64,000 nucleotides of DNA from Nitrospirota bacterium (lineage in GTDB: Bacteria > Nitrospirota > UBA9217). The notes under the pieces were generated by a model. That model was not told where the DNA came from. It was given only the letters and a program-made list of their open reading frames with translations, and ran no database searches. The translations under genes were made by a program, and so were the position numbers. Position 1 is the first letter of the stretch. Every line of letters begins with the position of its first letter. This document shows, piece by piece, positions 1 to 10,409 of this stretch. Where the stretch lies: positions 384,001-448,000 of the forward strand of contig CAWIYV010000014.1 of NCBI GenBank assembly GCA_963840455.1, in the 5' to 3' direction.

Positions 1-596
1 ACTGGGACAATACCGTGCTTCAATCAGAGTATAGGGCGATTTATGAACAAAGGGGAATGAAGCCGGAGGATCCTGTATTCATGCTTCGCTTCAAGACGGA
101 TTTGTTGATACACGAATTCCTGCACATACTCCAGGTCCACCAGGGAATTGATAGTCGTTTGTGTTACGAAGCGGTTGCGCGATGGTATAGAGATCCGCGG
201 TATGGCATGCCGTCTCCGAGTGGCGTAGTCTACGCTGACACGACGAAAGACAGAAGACTTGATGCACTCGCGATGAATAGGATGAAATATATTGTATGGC
301 ATGAGTTGTACAATTATCGAAAGTTAAGCGATGTGCCTCAGGACGAGAGTTGGAAGAATATGCATTATGGGGAAAGGTACCGGTTGGCGGAAAAGGGAGT
401 GGAGGAGTTCGCCTACATCGGGCAAGAAATACTCTCCAGCGGAAGCAGTTCTGAGAACTACGTTAAGACAGGTCAGTGGTGCGATAAGGACTGGAAGAAT
501 AAGAAGATGAGGTTGTTGGAGGTCTCCCCAGAAGTTATTGCAGTTTTCAGGGGCGTGTTCAATCCTGAATTGACGCGCCAGCAAATGCCGAACTAG
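1..596 (+). CDS. Hypothetical protein with HExxH motif, probably 5'-truncated by the window edge; likely integron gene cassette
   Basis: ORF contains LIHEFLHILQ; visibly lower GC than neighbours; stop TAG lies immediately after the R'' box of an attC-like site. Confidence 0.6.
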   Translation, partial: WDNTVLQSEYRAIYEQRGMKPEDPVFMLRFKTDLLIHEFLHILQVHQGIDSRLCYEAVARWYRDPRYGMPSPSGVVYADTTKDRRLDALAMNRMKYIVWHELYNYRKLSDVPQDESWKNMHYGERYRLAEKGVEEFAYIGQEILSSGSSSENYVKTGQWCDKDWKNKKMRLLEVSPEVIAVFRGVFNPELTRQQMPN

Positions 597-657
597 GCGT
601 TCGAGCGGACAGCGGCAGCGGTCACCTACATGCCGCCGCTCAATGCCGGTGTTCACC
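587..657 (+). mobile_element. Integron attC-like recombination site
   Basis: GCCGAAC (R'') - 5 nt - GTTCGAGC (L'' with extra C) ... GCGGCA/TGCCGC stem ... GCTCAAT (L') ... GTTCACC (R'); 71 bp imperfect palindrome. Confidence 0.7.
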
Positions 658-700
658 GAGAGCTGCACCTGTCTTCATAATCCTGTAGTTCGGTCCCCCT

Positions 701-1243
701 ATGGCCTCTGCATTCACTCATGGATTCGTCGCTCTTGCCGCCGGGAAGCTGGTCGTCCCGGAGCGGATGCCTATGCGTTTCTGGGTCCTGTTGATCGTCT
801 GCACGGTCCTGCCGGACGTTGACGTGGTCGGCTTCTTTCTCGGGGTGCGTTACAGCACCGCTCTGGGCCACCGCGGTTTTTCGCATTCCCTCCTGTTCGC
901 CCTTCTCGTTGCTGCTCTGGTCACGGCCGCCGCGTTCCCTGCTGTCAGGCGGCTCTCGAAGCAGTGGTGGCTGCTGATCGCCTGCTTTTTCGTGTCGACG
1001 GCCTCCCACGGTGTTCTCGACGCCATGACCGACGGGGGGTGCGGCGTCGCGTTCTTCAGCCCCTTCAGCAACGTCCGCTACTTCCTTCCCTGGCGTCCGC
1101 TCGAGGTCGCGCCCATCGGTGTGCGCGGCTTTTTCAGCCGGTGGGGGTGGGATGTTCTCATGAGCGAACTGCTCTGGATCTGGGTGCCGGTGACGCTGCT
1201 TCTGGTCGTCGTATCCCTTGCCCGGAGACAGCGTTCGAGTTGA
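701..1243 (+). CDS. Inner-membrane metal-dependent hydrolase (YdjM-like)
   Basis: Motifs FTH, LPDVD, HRGFSHSL, SHGVLDAMT; hydrophobic helices. Confidence 0.85.
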   Translation: MASAFTHGFVALAAGKLVVPERMPMRFWVLLIVCTVLPDVDVVGFFLGVRYSTALGHRGFSHSLLFALLVAALVTAAAFPAVRRLSKQWWLLIACFFVSTASHGVLDAMTDGGCGVAFFSPFSNVRYFLPWRPLEVAPIGVRGFFSRWGWDVLMSELLWIWVPVTLLLVVVSLARRQRSS

Positions 1244-1404
1244 CCGCATCGTGCATCCATCGTCCTCGATTTTACCGCTCAGTATCCGCGAGAAGGCCCG
1301 TCAATGCCCTGATTCCGATTGACTTTTCCCGCTTCAGGGGCTAATATTCCAGTCTGTATCTCCAGAACCGAAACGCAGGGAAAATCAGAGGATTTACCGC
1401 ATCA

Positions 1405-3585
1405 ATGCCCAAGGTCCAGTTCATCTTCGCCATCCATAACCATCAGCCTGTCGGGAACTTCGACTCCGTCGCCGAGGAAGCGTACCAGAAGGCCTACCTT
1501 CCGTTCATCAATGTGCTGAAGCGCTACCGGTCGGTCAAGATCACCCTCCACTATACGGGCATCCTGTACCGGTTCTTTGAGGAGAAGCACCCGGAGTTCA
1601 TCGACACGCTCCGGGAACTTGTTGCCGAGGGCAGGGCGGAGGTCCTGTCGGGAGGCTTCTACGAGCCCATCCTGGCAGTCCTGCCCGACGAGGACAAGGC
1701 CGGCCAGGTACGGGCTCTCTCGGACTATGTTAAAAAGAAGATCGGCTACGACTGCCGCGGCATGTGGCTGGCCGAGCGGGTCTGGGAGCCGCACCTTCCA
1801 CGGTGCATAGCCGAGGCCGGCATCGACCATGTGGTGGTGGACGACTTCCATTTCAAGATGGCGGGACTCCGCGACCCCGACCTCGACGGCTACTACCTCA
1901 CCGAGGAGCTGGGCGGTCTGATCCGCATCTTCCCGGGCAGCGAGAAGCTCCGGTACCTGATCCCGTTCCACCGGCCTGAGGAGACAATCGAGTTCCTTGC
2001 GACGCTCAAGTCCACGGAGCGCAACCGGCTGGCGGTCATGGCGGACGACGGTGAGAAGTTCGGCGTCTGGCCGGAGACCCACAAGACGGTCTATGAAGAA
2101 GGCTGGCTCGAGCGGTTCTTTGCGCTGCTCGAGCAGAACAACGAATGGCTCGAGACAACGACCTTTGCCGAGTATCTCCGGATGGAGCCGGCCCGGGGCA
2201 GGACCTACCTGCCCACCGCGTCGTACATGGAGATGGGGGAATGGGCGCTCCCGACGGCGACGATGATGGAATACGAGGACGCCCTCACCATGCTGAAGGG
2301 GCTGCCGGACGGCGGGAAGATCCGGCCCTTCATCAAGGGCGGCATCTGGAGGAACTTCCTGGCCAAGTATCCCGAAAGCAACCACATGCACAAGCGCATG
2401 CTGATGGTGAGTGAAAAGGTCCACCGCGTCCTCGATGCGCCGGGATCCGCCGCGAAGCTCGACCGGGAATCGGCCCGCATGCTCGACCATCTCTATCAGT
2501 GCCAGTGCAACGACTCCTACTGGCATGGCGTGTTCGGCGGGCTGTACCTGCCGCACCTCCGTTCTGCAGTGTACGAGCATCTCATCCAGGCGGAGTACCT
2601 TGCGGACAGGGTACTGAAGATGCAAGGTCCGGTGCTGCGGGGCAAAGCTCCGGGGAAAAAAGCAGCGAAGGACTCCTGGCTTTCCATCGAGCGGGGCGAC
2701 TTCGACCGGGACGGGAACGAGGAGTTCATGGCGAACACCGAACTGATGAACATCTTCGTGGACCCGGCCGACGGCGGCAGGATCACGGAGCTGGACTGGA
2801 AGCCCCGCTCCTTCAACCTGACGAACAGCCTCACGCGCAGGCGCGAAGGCTACCACGACAAGATCGTCCATGCGGGCAAGGAGTCCCCGGCGGGCGGCGC
2901 GAAGACCATCCATGACCGGGTGGTGGTGAAGGAGGAGGGCCTCCAGCACCATCTGCAGTACGACTGGTATACGCGCGGATCGCTCCTCGATCATTTCCTG
3001 GAGTCCGGCGTGGACCTCGCAAGCTTCATACGGTGCGAGTACTACGAAGCAGGCGACTTCGTCCTCGGTGCCTATGGGGCGACGGTACGGAAGCAGCGGG
3101 ACAGCGCGGCCCTCGTCCTCGAGCGCGAGGGGAACGCCGCAGGGCTCCGCACGCGCATCTGCAAGACCATAGCGCTTCGCGCATCCGGTCACGCGGTCAC
3201 GGTGCGGTACGAGATCACGAACCTGGACAAGGAAGAGCTGAACACCACCTTTGGAAGCGAGTTCAATTTCTCGCTCCTGGCGGGCAACGCTCATGACCGC
3301 TACTACGATATCCCCGGACACATCCTGGACAAGCGCAACCTGGCATCCCTTGGCGAGACGAACAATGTACGGCAGGTGAGCCTGGTGGACGAGTGGCTGA
3401 AGCTCTCCATAATCCTGGCGTTCTCCCAGGCCGCCGTTCTCTGGCGCGCGCCGGTGGAGACGGTTTCACAATCCGAGGCGGGGTTCGAGCGGGTTTACCA
3501 GAGCTCGATGGTGATGCCGCTCTGGCGCATCTCCCTCGGCCCGGGCAAGACCTGGGAGACGGAGATCACGATAGGGATCGAATAA
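1405..3585 (+). CDS. GH57 alpha-amylase / 4-alpha-glucanotransferase
   Basis: HNHQPVGN, GMWLAERVWEP, DDGEKFG, QCNDSYWHGVFGGLYLPHLR motifs. Confidence 0.92.
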   Translation: MPKVQFIFAIHNHQPVGNFDSVAEEAYQKAYLPFINVLKRYRSVKITLHYTGILYRFFEEKHPEFIDTLRELVAEGRAEVLSGGFYEPILAVLPDEDKAGQVRALSDYVKKKIGYDCRGMWLAERVWEPHLPRCIAEAGIDHVVVDDFHFKMAGLRDPDLDGYYLTEELGGLIRIFPGSEKLRYLIPFHRPEETIEFLATLKSTERNRLAVMADDGEKFGVWPETHKTVYEEGWLERFFALLEQNNEWLETTTFAEYLRMEPARGRTYLPTASYMEMGEWALPTATMMEYEDALTMLKGLPDGGKIRPFIKGGIWRNFLAKYPESNHMHKRMLMVSEKVHRVLDAPGSAAKLDRESARMLDHLYQCQCNDSYWHGVFGGLYLPHLRSAVYEHLIQAEYLADRVLKMQGPVLRGKAPGKKAAKDSWLSIERGDFDRDGNEEFMANTELMNIFVDPADGGRITELDWKPRSFNLTNSLTRRREGYHDKIVHAGKESPAGGAKTIHDRVVVKEEGLQHHLQYDWYTRGSLLDHFLESGVDLASFIRCEYYEAGDFVLGAYGATVRKQRDSAALVLEREGNAAGLRTRICKTIALRASGHAVTVRYEITNLDKEELNTTFGSEFNFSLLAGNAHDRYYDIPGHILDKRNLASLGETNNVRQVSLVDEWLKLSIILAFSQAAVLWRAPVETVSQSEAGFERVYQSSMVMPLWRISLGPGKTWETEITIGIE

Positions 3586-3728
3586 AGACCAGTGCTCTTC
3601 ACCGCAGAGGTCGCAGAAGATGCGGAGAAAAGCATCCATGGTCCATCAATTCAGGTTCAAGCCCTGCGAGCTCTGCGTTCTCCGCGGTACAGGAGCTTTT
3701 GATGATCAATAGAAAAAGAGGATATGAA

Positions 3729-5528
3729 ATGAAAAAGGTACATGTGATCGTGATCCTGGTGTCCATGTTCATTTCTTCGGTGGCCTTTGCAGACAAGCCC
3801 CTGGGCCCGGTGGATATGACCTCGATCGATGAGCTGGCCTATGCGATCGCCTCGTACTTCCCGAAGGTGCAGGGCGGGGTGACGGCGGTGCACGGCGACC
3901 TGCTCACCATCGCTCTCGGCGAGAAGAACGGGCTCGTGCCCGGCATGGTCCTGACGGTATGGAGGGACGGCAGCGAGATCCTGCATCCGGTGACCAAGGC
4001 CGTCATCGGCCGGGCCGAGGACGAGGTCGGGACGATCGAAGTGGTGAGCGTCAAGGAAACAACGTCCGAAGCCGTGATGAAAAAACAGGTGAAAGAGCCG
4101 AAAGCGGGTGACCGGGCGAGGATCACGCCGAAGAAGATCAGCATCGGCGTCCTGCCGCTCCAGAACGACCGGCCCGAGATCATCCTTGGACTTACGGGGC
4201 GCCTGGGCGAGCTGGGCAGGTTCACGGTGCTGGGGAACGACAAGGTCTCGGCGTTCCTGAAGGACCGGAAACAGTTGGACGCATCCGTGATCAAGGAGAT
4301 GGGCAGCACCTTCAGCCTCGATGCGGTGGTGGCCGTGGGCATATTCCCCTCGGAAGGGAAGTATATCGTCACCGGCAGGATATTCACTGCCGACGACGCA
4401 AAGCCCATCGACACGATCGTGGCGCGCCTGAACCTCACCTCGAAACGCGAAGCGCTGGGCGATGTCCGGCCGTTCTTCGCGCCCGTGAAGGACCTGTCGG
4501 GGAAGATGCCGGACGTGCCGGTTGCAGCGCGCTACTTTGCCATTGCCGACCTCGACGGGGATGGTGCTGTCGAGTACGTTTTCTCCGATGAGAAAAAGCT
4601 CTCTATCTATCGGGCCGACAAATCCGGATGGAAGGAAGTATGGACGGAGCCCGTCGAAAGGAAAGAGCAGGAGATGCAGCAGTTCCGGATCGACGTTGCC
4701 GACATCAACGGGAACGGACGGCCTGAGATCTTCGTGACGCGTATGCTCGACGGGAGGGTCTCCTCCTATGTTGTGGAGTTCGAGAACGGGTCCTTTCGCC
4801 GGACCGCAGACATCCCGGGGTTCCTGCGGGTGGTTAGATATCCCGGCAGGGGGTTGGTGCTGATCGGGCAGGATTATGCCCCCGAGAGCTTCTTTGCCGG
4901 GCAGCCCCACGAATATGCATGGTCCGGAAGCGCATACAGTCCCGGTGCGCCGGTGGTACTTCCGAAGGGGACCGACCTCTACAGCTTTGTCTACGCAGAT
5001 TTCGGCGAGGGGCGCCCGCTTCTGGTCTCCTTTGATGACGACCGGCATCTGGTCGTGTATTCCGGGGATACGGCCCTGTGGAAGAGCGAAGAGCGCTACC
5101 ATACGTTCGAGACCGTGCTGACAAAGCCCCTGACCGGGATCGATGCTGCCGTGGCGAGCGACTCTGCCGATTTTAACAAAGCGAATATTCTGCCAGGCCC
5201 TATGATCGACAAGAGCCGGCTGGTCCATATCAACGGCAGACTGATCGCGGTCGACCTGTACGGGAGCGGCAAGGACGACCTTGTTGTTGCGAAGAACACC
5301 CCGCAGACCCTCCTCGGCGGGTACAAGGGAGGGGAGCTGGAGATCCTCACCTGGACCGGCGTCCGGCTTGAACCTCGTTGGAGTTTCAAGGACCTAGCCG
5401 GGCCGGTCCTTGATATCCAGGTCTCCCGGCCCGACAAGGCCGGCGTGCAGGTCAACGGATTGGTGAAGGTGTCCGGCGGTATCTTCAGCAAGGACGCGCT
5501 GCGGGTGGAGAAATACGAGGGAAAGTAA
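3729..5528 (+). CDS. Secreted FG-GAP/VCBS repeat protein
   Basis: Signal peptide MKKVH...AFA after GAGGA RBS; repeats IADLDGDG, VADINGNG, AVDLYGSG. Confidence 0.75.
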   Translation: MKKVHVIVILVSMFISSVAFADKPLGPVDMTSIDELAYAIASYFPKVQGGVTAVHGDLLTIALGEKNGLVPGMVLTVWRDGSEILHPVTKAVIGRAEDEVGTIEVVSVKETTSEAVMKKQVKEPKAGDRARITPKKISIGVLPLQNDRPEIILGLTGRLGELGRFTVLGNDKVSAFLKDRKQLDASVIKEMGSTFSLDAVVAVGIFPSEGKYIVTGRIFTADDAKPIDTIVARLNLTSKREALGDVRPFFAPVKDLSGKMPDVPVAARYFAIADLDGDGAVEYVFSDEKKLSIYRADKSGWKEVWTEPVERKEQEMQQFRIDVADINGNGRPEIFVTRMLDGRVSSYVVEFENGSFRRTADIPGFLRVVRYPGRGLVLIGQDYAPESFFAGQPHEYAWSGSAYSPGAPVVLPKGTDLYSFVYADFGEGRPLLVSFDDDRHLVVYSGDTALWKSEERYHTFETVLTKPLTGIDAAVASDSADFNKANILPGPMIDKSRLVHINGRLIAVDLYGSGKDDLVVAKNTPQTLLGGYKGGELEILTWTGVRLEPRWSFKDLAGPVLDIQVSRPDKAGVQVNGLVKVSGGIFSKDALRVEKYEGK

Positions 5529-5561
5529 CGCTATTATTGCGGATTGCGGAATGTGGATTTC

Positions 5562-5767
5562 GGATCGAAGATTCCCTGCAGCCGGCTGCAGGGAATCTCT
5601 AATCGCTCGCTAACCCGGCAGCACGCTGCGGGGAATGCGCTCGCTCCTGGATTTAAGCTCCCAGATGCATACTGCATGGAGCTTCGATCCTCAGGGTAGT
5701 ACGTTTATCCTAATCGCTCGCTATTCCCGCAGCAAGCTAAGGGGAACGCGCTCGCTCCTGGATTCAA
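5562..5767 (-). repeat. Palindromic ~110-bp dispersed repeat (PATE/REP/MITE-like), about two units
   Basis: Reverse complement of ATCCAGGAGCGAGCG..hairpin..TTAGCGAGCGATTAG and GGATCGAAG(A/C)T(T/C)CC..GGGAGCTT units also found at 6562, 13643, 31667, 62820. Confidence 0.85.
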
Positions 5768-5813
5768 TAAAAAAGAGGGACGACCACCGATCTAGACGCG
5801 GATCACGGGCAGT

Positions 5814-6605
5814 ATGAAAAAGAAAGAGTCATCAATAGCAGATCTCCGGGCGCGGCTTGATCCGGACAGCGTGCCCAGGCACATTGCCATCATCATGGAC
5901 GGCAACGGGCGCTGGGCGGTTCGGCGCGGCATGCCGAGGATCATGGGGCACAAGCGGGGGGCCGAAACGGTCCGGAACGTGGTGGAGCAGTGCCGGAAGC
6001 TCGGCATCGGGGTCCTGACGCTGTATGCCTTTTCCGACGAGAACTGGGGGAGGCCGCGGCAGGAAGTGAGCTTTCTCATGAACATGCTCGGCGGCTACCT
6101 CCGGTCCGAGATCGCGACAATGAAGACGAACGGCATCCGGTTCCGCACCATCGGCAGGACCGAACGGCTCCCGAAAACGGCGCAGAAGTGGGTCCAGAAG
6201 GCCGTCTCCGAGACCACGCGGAATACCGGCATGATACTGAACCTGGCACTGTCCTACGGCGGAAGGGGCGAGATCCTCGAAGCCGTACGGCGGCTTCGGT
6301 CCTCTGCAGGCATCCCCGAGGAACTCGACGAGGCACAGTTCTCATCATATCTCGATACGGCGGGGCTGCCCGATCCGGACCTGATCGTCCGCACGAGCGG
6401 CGAGAAGCGGATCAGCAACTTCCTGCTGTGGCAGGCTGCTTACGCCGAGCTTTATTTCACCGATGTCCTCTGGCCGGACTTCAATGAGAAGGAGCTGCTT
6501 GCCGCACTCCTCGATTACCAGGGGCGGCAGCGCCGTTTCGGCCTCACCGAGGAGCAGCTCGAATCCAGGAGCGAGCGCAAGCCCGGCAGCGTGCTGCGGG
6601 GTTAG
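5814..6605 (+). CDS. uppS: Undecaprenyl diphosphate synthase
   Basis: HIAIIMDGNGRWA, YAFSDENWGRP, RTSGEKRISNFLLWQ. Confidence 0.95.
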   Translation: MKKKESSIADLRARLDPDSVPRHIAIIMDGNGRWAVRRGMPRIMGHKRGAETVRNVVEQCRKLGIGVLTLYAFSDENWGRPRQEVSFLMNMLGGYLRSEIATMKTNGIRFRTIGRTERLPKTAQKWVQKAVSETTRNTGMILNLALSYGGRGEILEAVRRLRSSAGIPEELDEAQFSSYLDTAGLPDPDLIVRTSGEKRISNFLLWQAAYAELYFTDVLWPDFNEKELLAALLDYQGRQRRFGLTEEQLESRSERKPGSVLRG

Positions 6606-6784
6606 CAAGCGATGAGAATAAAGGAGTTCCTTGAGGATCGAAGCTCCAAGCCTTTTGTAGCCGGGAGCTTAAATCCAGGAGCGAGCGCAAGCCCGGCAGC
6701 GTGCTGCGGGGTTAGCAAGCGATGAGAATAACCATGCTACGCTGAGGATCGAAGATTCCCTGCAGCTGGCTGCAGGGAGCTTCA
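6562..6784 (+). repeat. Palindromic dispersed repeat, two tandem ~110-bp units
   Basis: Exact 60-bp direct repeat 6562-6621 = 6672-6731; hairpin CCCTGCAGC..GCTGCAGGG; overlaps the uppS 3' end. Confidence 0.9.
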
Positions 6785-6848
6785 CCGCAGTTCCGGCGGC
6801 CCGCTCCGGCCGTCCGCGCTCAAATCCCGAGAGTAACGGAGACCCTGT

Positions 6849-7652
6849 ATGAGCACGACCCGTGTCCTGAGCAGCCTCGCGCTGGTCCCCATCCTTTTAG
6901 TCGTGGTCTGGCTGCTGCCGCCCGCGTATTTCACCGGGTTGGCGGTCTTCGCGGCCGCCTTGGGACAGTACGAACTGTACGGCATGGCGAAGGCTCGGGG
7001 CATCATGCCGCAGACCGCGGCCGGCATCGTGCTCGGGTCCCTGATCGTCATCAATTTCTACCGTCCGCTTTACCCGTACGTGGGCGGGACCTTGTTCTGG
7101 ACCACGCTGTGCATACTGGCGGTCATGGTCACACGGCTCTTTTCCCGACGGGCCGTGGAGGGCGCTCTTGAGGACATTGCGGTCACGGCTGCAGGCATCT
7201 TCTACGTTGCACTGCTGTTCGGGTTCCAGGTCGCGATCCTTGCAGGCGGTCCCGGGAAGAGGTGGCTGGTGTTCCTGTACCTGGTGATCTGGGCATCGGA
7301 CACGGGAGCGTACTATGTAGGGACGGCCTTCGGCAGGCACCGTCTCTACGAGAAGATCAGCCCCAAGAAGAGCATTGAGGGGCTTCTGGGCGGGCTGCTT
7401 GCGTCCATGATCATTGCGCTGCTCTGCAAAGTGTGGCTCGTGCCATCGGTCGGCCTCCTCGAAGCGGCCGTTCTCGGAGCTTTCCTTGCGGCAGTCGGCA
7501 CCGTGGGAGACCTTGTTGAATCGCTCATAAAGCGGAGCGCCGGGGTCAAGGACTCCGGGTCCCTCATCCCCGGGCATGGCGGTATCCTGGACCGCATGGA
7601 CAGCATGCTCTTCGCCGCTCCGGTGCTGTTCTACTATCTGAGAATGAGATGA
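6849..7652 (+). CDS. cdsA: Phosphatidate cytidylyltransferase
   Basis: ISPKKSIEG, KDSGSLIPGHGGILDRMDS; synteny with uppS and dxr. Confidence 0.95.
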   Translation: MSTTRVLSSLALVPILLVVVWLLPPAYFTGLAVFAAALGQYELYGMAKARGIMPQTAAGIVLGSLIVINFYRPLYPYVGGTLFWTTLCILAVMVTRLFSRRAVEGALEDIAVTAAGIFYVALLFGFQVAILAGGPGKRWLVFLYLVIWASDTGAYYVGTAFGRHRLYEKISPKKSIEGLLGGLLASMIIALLCKVWLVPSVGLLEAAVLGAFLAAVGTVGDLVESLIKRSAGVKDSGSLIPGHGGILDRMDSMLFAAPVLFYYLRMR

Positions 7653-7751
7653 GGAACGTCCGGGAGACAGGGGCCAGGAGACAGAATACAGAAGAGAACC
7701 GGTTGCATCTTCCGTATCTTCCCCTGACCCCTGGCCCCTGACACCTGCATT

Positions 7752-8924
7752 ATGAAAAAGATCGCCATACTCGGTTCCACCGGCTCCATCGGCACCTCGA
7801 CGCTCGCGGTTGCGGAACAGTTCCCGGACCGGTTCAAGGTCGTGGCCATTGCCGGAGGGAACAACAGTAAGCTCCTGGAATCGCAGATCCGGAAGTTCAA
7901 ACCGTCCCTCACGGCCATTGCGGACGCGAAGGCCGCGGAATCCCTGCGGAAGAAGTGCAATGATATGCCGGTCAGGATCGTCTCGGGCGTGGAAGGGATG
8001 ATCGAGGTAGCGACAGCGGAGGATGCGGACATCACCGTGTCCGCCATCGTAGGCACCGCAGGCCTCGTGCCCACCATTGCGGCGATCCAGGCAGGCAAGG
8101 ACATCGCCCTGGCGAACAAGGAGGTGCTCGTCACCGCCGGGGAACTGGTCATGGCGGAGTGCCGCAGATGGAACGTACGGCTCTTCCCGGTGGACAGCGA
8201 GCACAGCGCCATCTTCCAGTGCCTGCATTCGGGACAGCGCGGCGACGTGAAGCGGCTCATTCTTACGGCGTCGGGCGGCCCGTTCCGGAACCATTCGAAA
8301 GATGATCTTGCAAAGGTGAGGCTGGCCGAGGCGCTCAAGCATCCGAACTGGAGCATGGGCAGGAAGATCACCATCGATTCGGCCACGCTCATGAACAAGG
8401 GGCTCGAGGTGATCGAGGCGCACTGGCTCTTCGGCATGGCGCCGGAGCAGATCAAGGTGCTGGTCCACCCTCAGAGCATCGTGCATTCGCTCGTGGAGTA
8501 CCGGGACGGATCCGTCGTTGCCCAGCTCGGCATGCCCGACATGAAGGGGCCCATTGCCTACGCACTTTCCTATCCAGAGCGGCTTCCCGATGTGTCGCCG
8601 GGTCTCGATCTCGCGTCCATCGCCACGCTTACCTTCCAGGAGCCGGACCGGGACCTGTTCCCCTGCCTGGGCTACGCCTATGATGCGCTCAAAGCGGGAG
8701 GCAGCATGCCGGCCGTCCTGTCCGCGGCCAACGAGGTGGCGGTCAGATATTTCCTGGAGGAGAAGATCGGGTTCCTCGATGTCCCCCGGGTCCTGAAGTT
8801 CGTCATGGAGGCCCACACACCGGTCTCCCTCAAGACCGTGGACGAGGCGCTTGAGGCGGACCTCTGGGCGCGGCAGGAGGCGGAAAAGGTCATTGCGGAT
8901 CTCGGATTGCGGATTGCGGATTAA
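7752..8924 (+). CDS. dxr: 1-deoxy-D-xylulose 5-phosphate reductoisomerase
   Basis: LGSTGSIG, LANKE, PVDSEH, HPNWSMGRKITIDSAT. Confidence 0.97.
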   Translation: MKKIAILGSTGSIGTSTLAVAEQFPDRFKVVAIAGGNNSKLLESQIRKFKPSLTAIADAKAAESLRKKCNDMPVRIVSGVEGMIEVATAEDADITVSAIVGTAGLVPTIAAIQAGKDIALANKEVLVTAGELVMAECRRWNVRLFPVDSEHSAIFQCLHSGQRGDVKRLILTASGGPFRNHSKDDLAKVRLAEALKHPNWSMGRKITIDSATLMNKGLEVIEAHWLFGMAPEQIKVLVHPQSIVHSLVEYRDGSVVAQLGMPDMKGPIAYALSYPERLPDVSPGLDLASIATLTFQEPDRDLFPCLGYAYDALKAGGSMPAVLSAANEVAVRYFLEEKIGFLDVPRVLKFVMEAHTPVSLKTVDEALEADLWARQEAEKVIADLGLRIAD

Positions 8925-9067
8925 AGACCATAACAGGGAACCGCGAAGGCGCAAAGGACGCGAAGGAAATCTTGGAGATCTTGCAGTAAAGCAAAATAAC
9001 TTTTGTTTTTGACGTTCTTCGCGTTCTTTGCGTCTTCGCGGTAAACATTCTTTCCTTAGGAGTTGAA

Positions 9068-10351
9068 ATGACCTTAGTATATTTCTTGATCGTGATCGGC
9101 ATCCTCGTATTCGTGCATGAGTTCGGCCACTTCATCATGGCGAAGCGGGCCGGCGTGCGCGTGGAGAAGTTCTCCCTCGGCATGGGGCCGAAACTGTTCG
9201 GCTACAAGAAGGGCGACACGGACTACATCATTTCGGCGCTTCCGCTCGGAGGATACGTGAAGATGGCCGGCGAGAACCCCGATGAGGAGCCCACGGGCGC
9301 GCCGGACGAGTTCCCGTCCAAGACCGTCTGGCAGCGCGCAAAGATCGCCGCGGCCGGCTCACTCACGAACATCGTGCTCGCCTTCCTGCTGATGCCGTTG
9401 GTGTTCATGGTCGGCACCTACGCCGAAGGCCCGGCGAAGGTCGGGTTCGTGGAAAAGGGCTCTCCCGCAGAGAAGGCCGGGTTCCAGGCGGGCGACGTGA
9501 TCGAGGAGATCAACGGCAGGCGGATCAGCGACTGGACCAAGGCCCTGACGCTCATTGCGGTGAATCCCGATACGGACGTTGCGGTCACGCTGGACCGGAA
9601 CGGCGAGAAAAAGGTCCTCGCGCTCCGGCCCGAGGCGGTCTCGGAGCTCCGGATCGGATCCTCGGGGCTCATGCCGGACATGCCTGCCGAGATCGGCAGG
9701 CTCCGGCCCGGACTTCCCGCGGAAAAGGCCGGCCTCAGGGTGAACGACAAGATCCTAGAGGTCAACGGCAAAACGATCTATCACTGGAACCAGTTCTCGC
9801 TCATGGTGAAAGAGAGCGAGGGCAAGGACCTTCTGATCCTCCTGTCGCGCGAGGGGAAGCGCGAGCAGAAGACCATCAAGCCCGTCATGGACGGCGGGCG
9901 GTTCGTTATCGGCGTCGAACCAGCTGTCCGGCTGGTCTTCAAGAAGTACGGCTTCTTCGAGTCGGTGCAGATGGGATTCACCAAGACCGTCGAGACCGCC
10001 GACCTGACCTTCATCACGCTCAAAAAACTGTTCACATTCTCGCTCTCCATCAAGACGCTGGGCGGGCCGGTCATGATCGCCCAGATGTCGGGGCAGGCCG
10101 CTGCGGCGGGGCTTTCGGCCTTCATCGCGCTCATGGCGACCATCAGCCTTTCCCTCGGCATGCTGAACCTGCTGCCCATCCCGGTGCTCGACGGGGGCAT
10201 GCTCCTGTTCCTCGCCATCGAGGCGGTCCGGAAGCGGCCCCTGAGCCAGAAGGTCATGGAAGTCAGCCAGGGCATCGGCGCGGCGCTCTTGATAACCCTG
10301 ATCGCGGTCGTATCGTACAACGACGTGATGCGGCTGTTCTTCAGCAAATAA
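9068..10351 (+). CDS. rseP: RIP metalloprotease RseP
   Basis: HEFGH, two PDZ domains, NLLPIPVLDGG. Confidence 0.95.
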   Translation: MTLVYFLIVIGILVFVHEFGHFIMAKRAGVRVEKFSLGMGPKLFGYKKGDTDYIISALPLGGYVKMAGENPDEEPTGAPDEFPSKTVWQRAKIAAAGSLTNIVLAFLLMPLVFMVGTYAEGPAKVGFVEKGSPAEKAGFQAGDVIEEINGRRISDWTKALTLIAVNPDTDVAVTLDRNGEKKVLALRPEAVSELRIGSSGLMPDMPAEIGRLRPGLPAEKAGLRVNDKILEVNGKTIYHWNQFSLMVKESEGKDLLILLSREGKREQKTIKPVMDGGRFVIGVEPAVRLVFKKYGFFESVQMGFTKTVETADLTFITLKKLFTFSLSIKTLGGPVMIAQMSGQAAAAGLSAFIALMATISLSLGMLNLLPIPVLDGGMLLFLAIEAVRKRPLSQKVMEVSQGIGAALLITLIAVVSYNDVMRLFFSK

Positions 10352-10409
10352 CGACGCTTGCAGGCCTGCAGGCTGGCAAGCATGCAAGCTCGGGCGGAAC
10401 GCGAGACCC

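Noticed and set aside
1402-3321. Long antisense ORFs (also 6897-8954, 11743-13326, 14751-16643 and others)
   Set aside because: Shadow frames of high-GC genes with no recognisable motifs
6562-6784. 60-bp direct repeats with a spacer as a possible CRISPR array
   Set aside because: Only two long units, the spacers are themselves conserved at other loci, and no cas genes are present; better explained as a dispersed palindromic element
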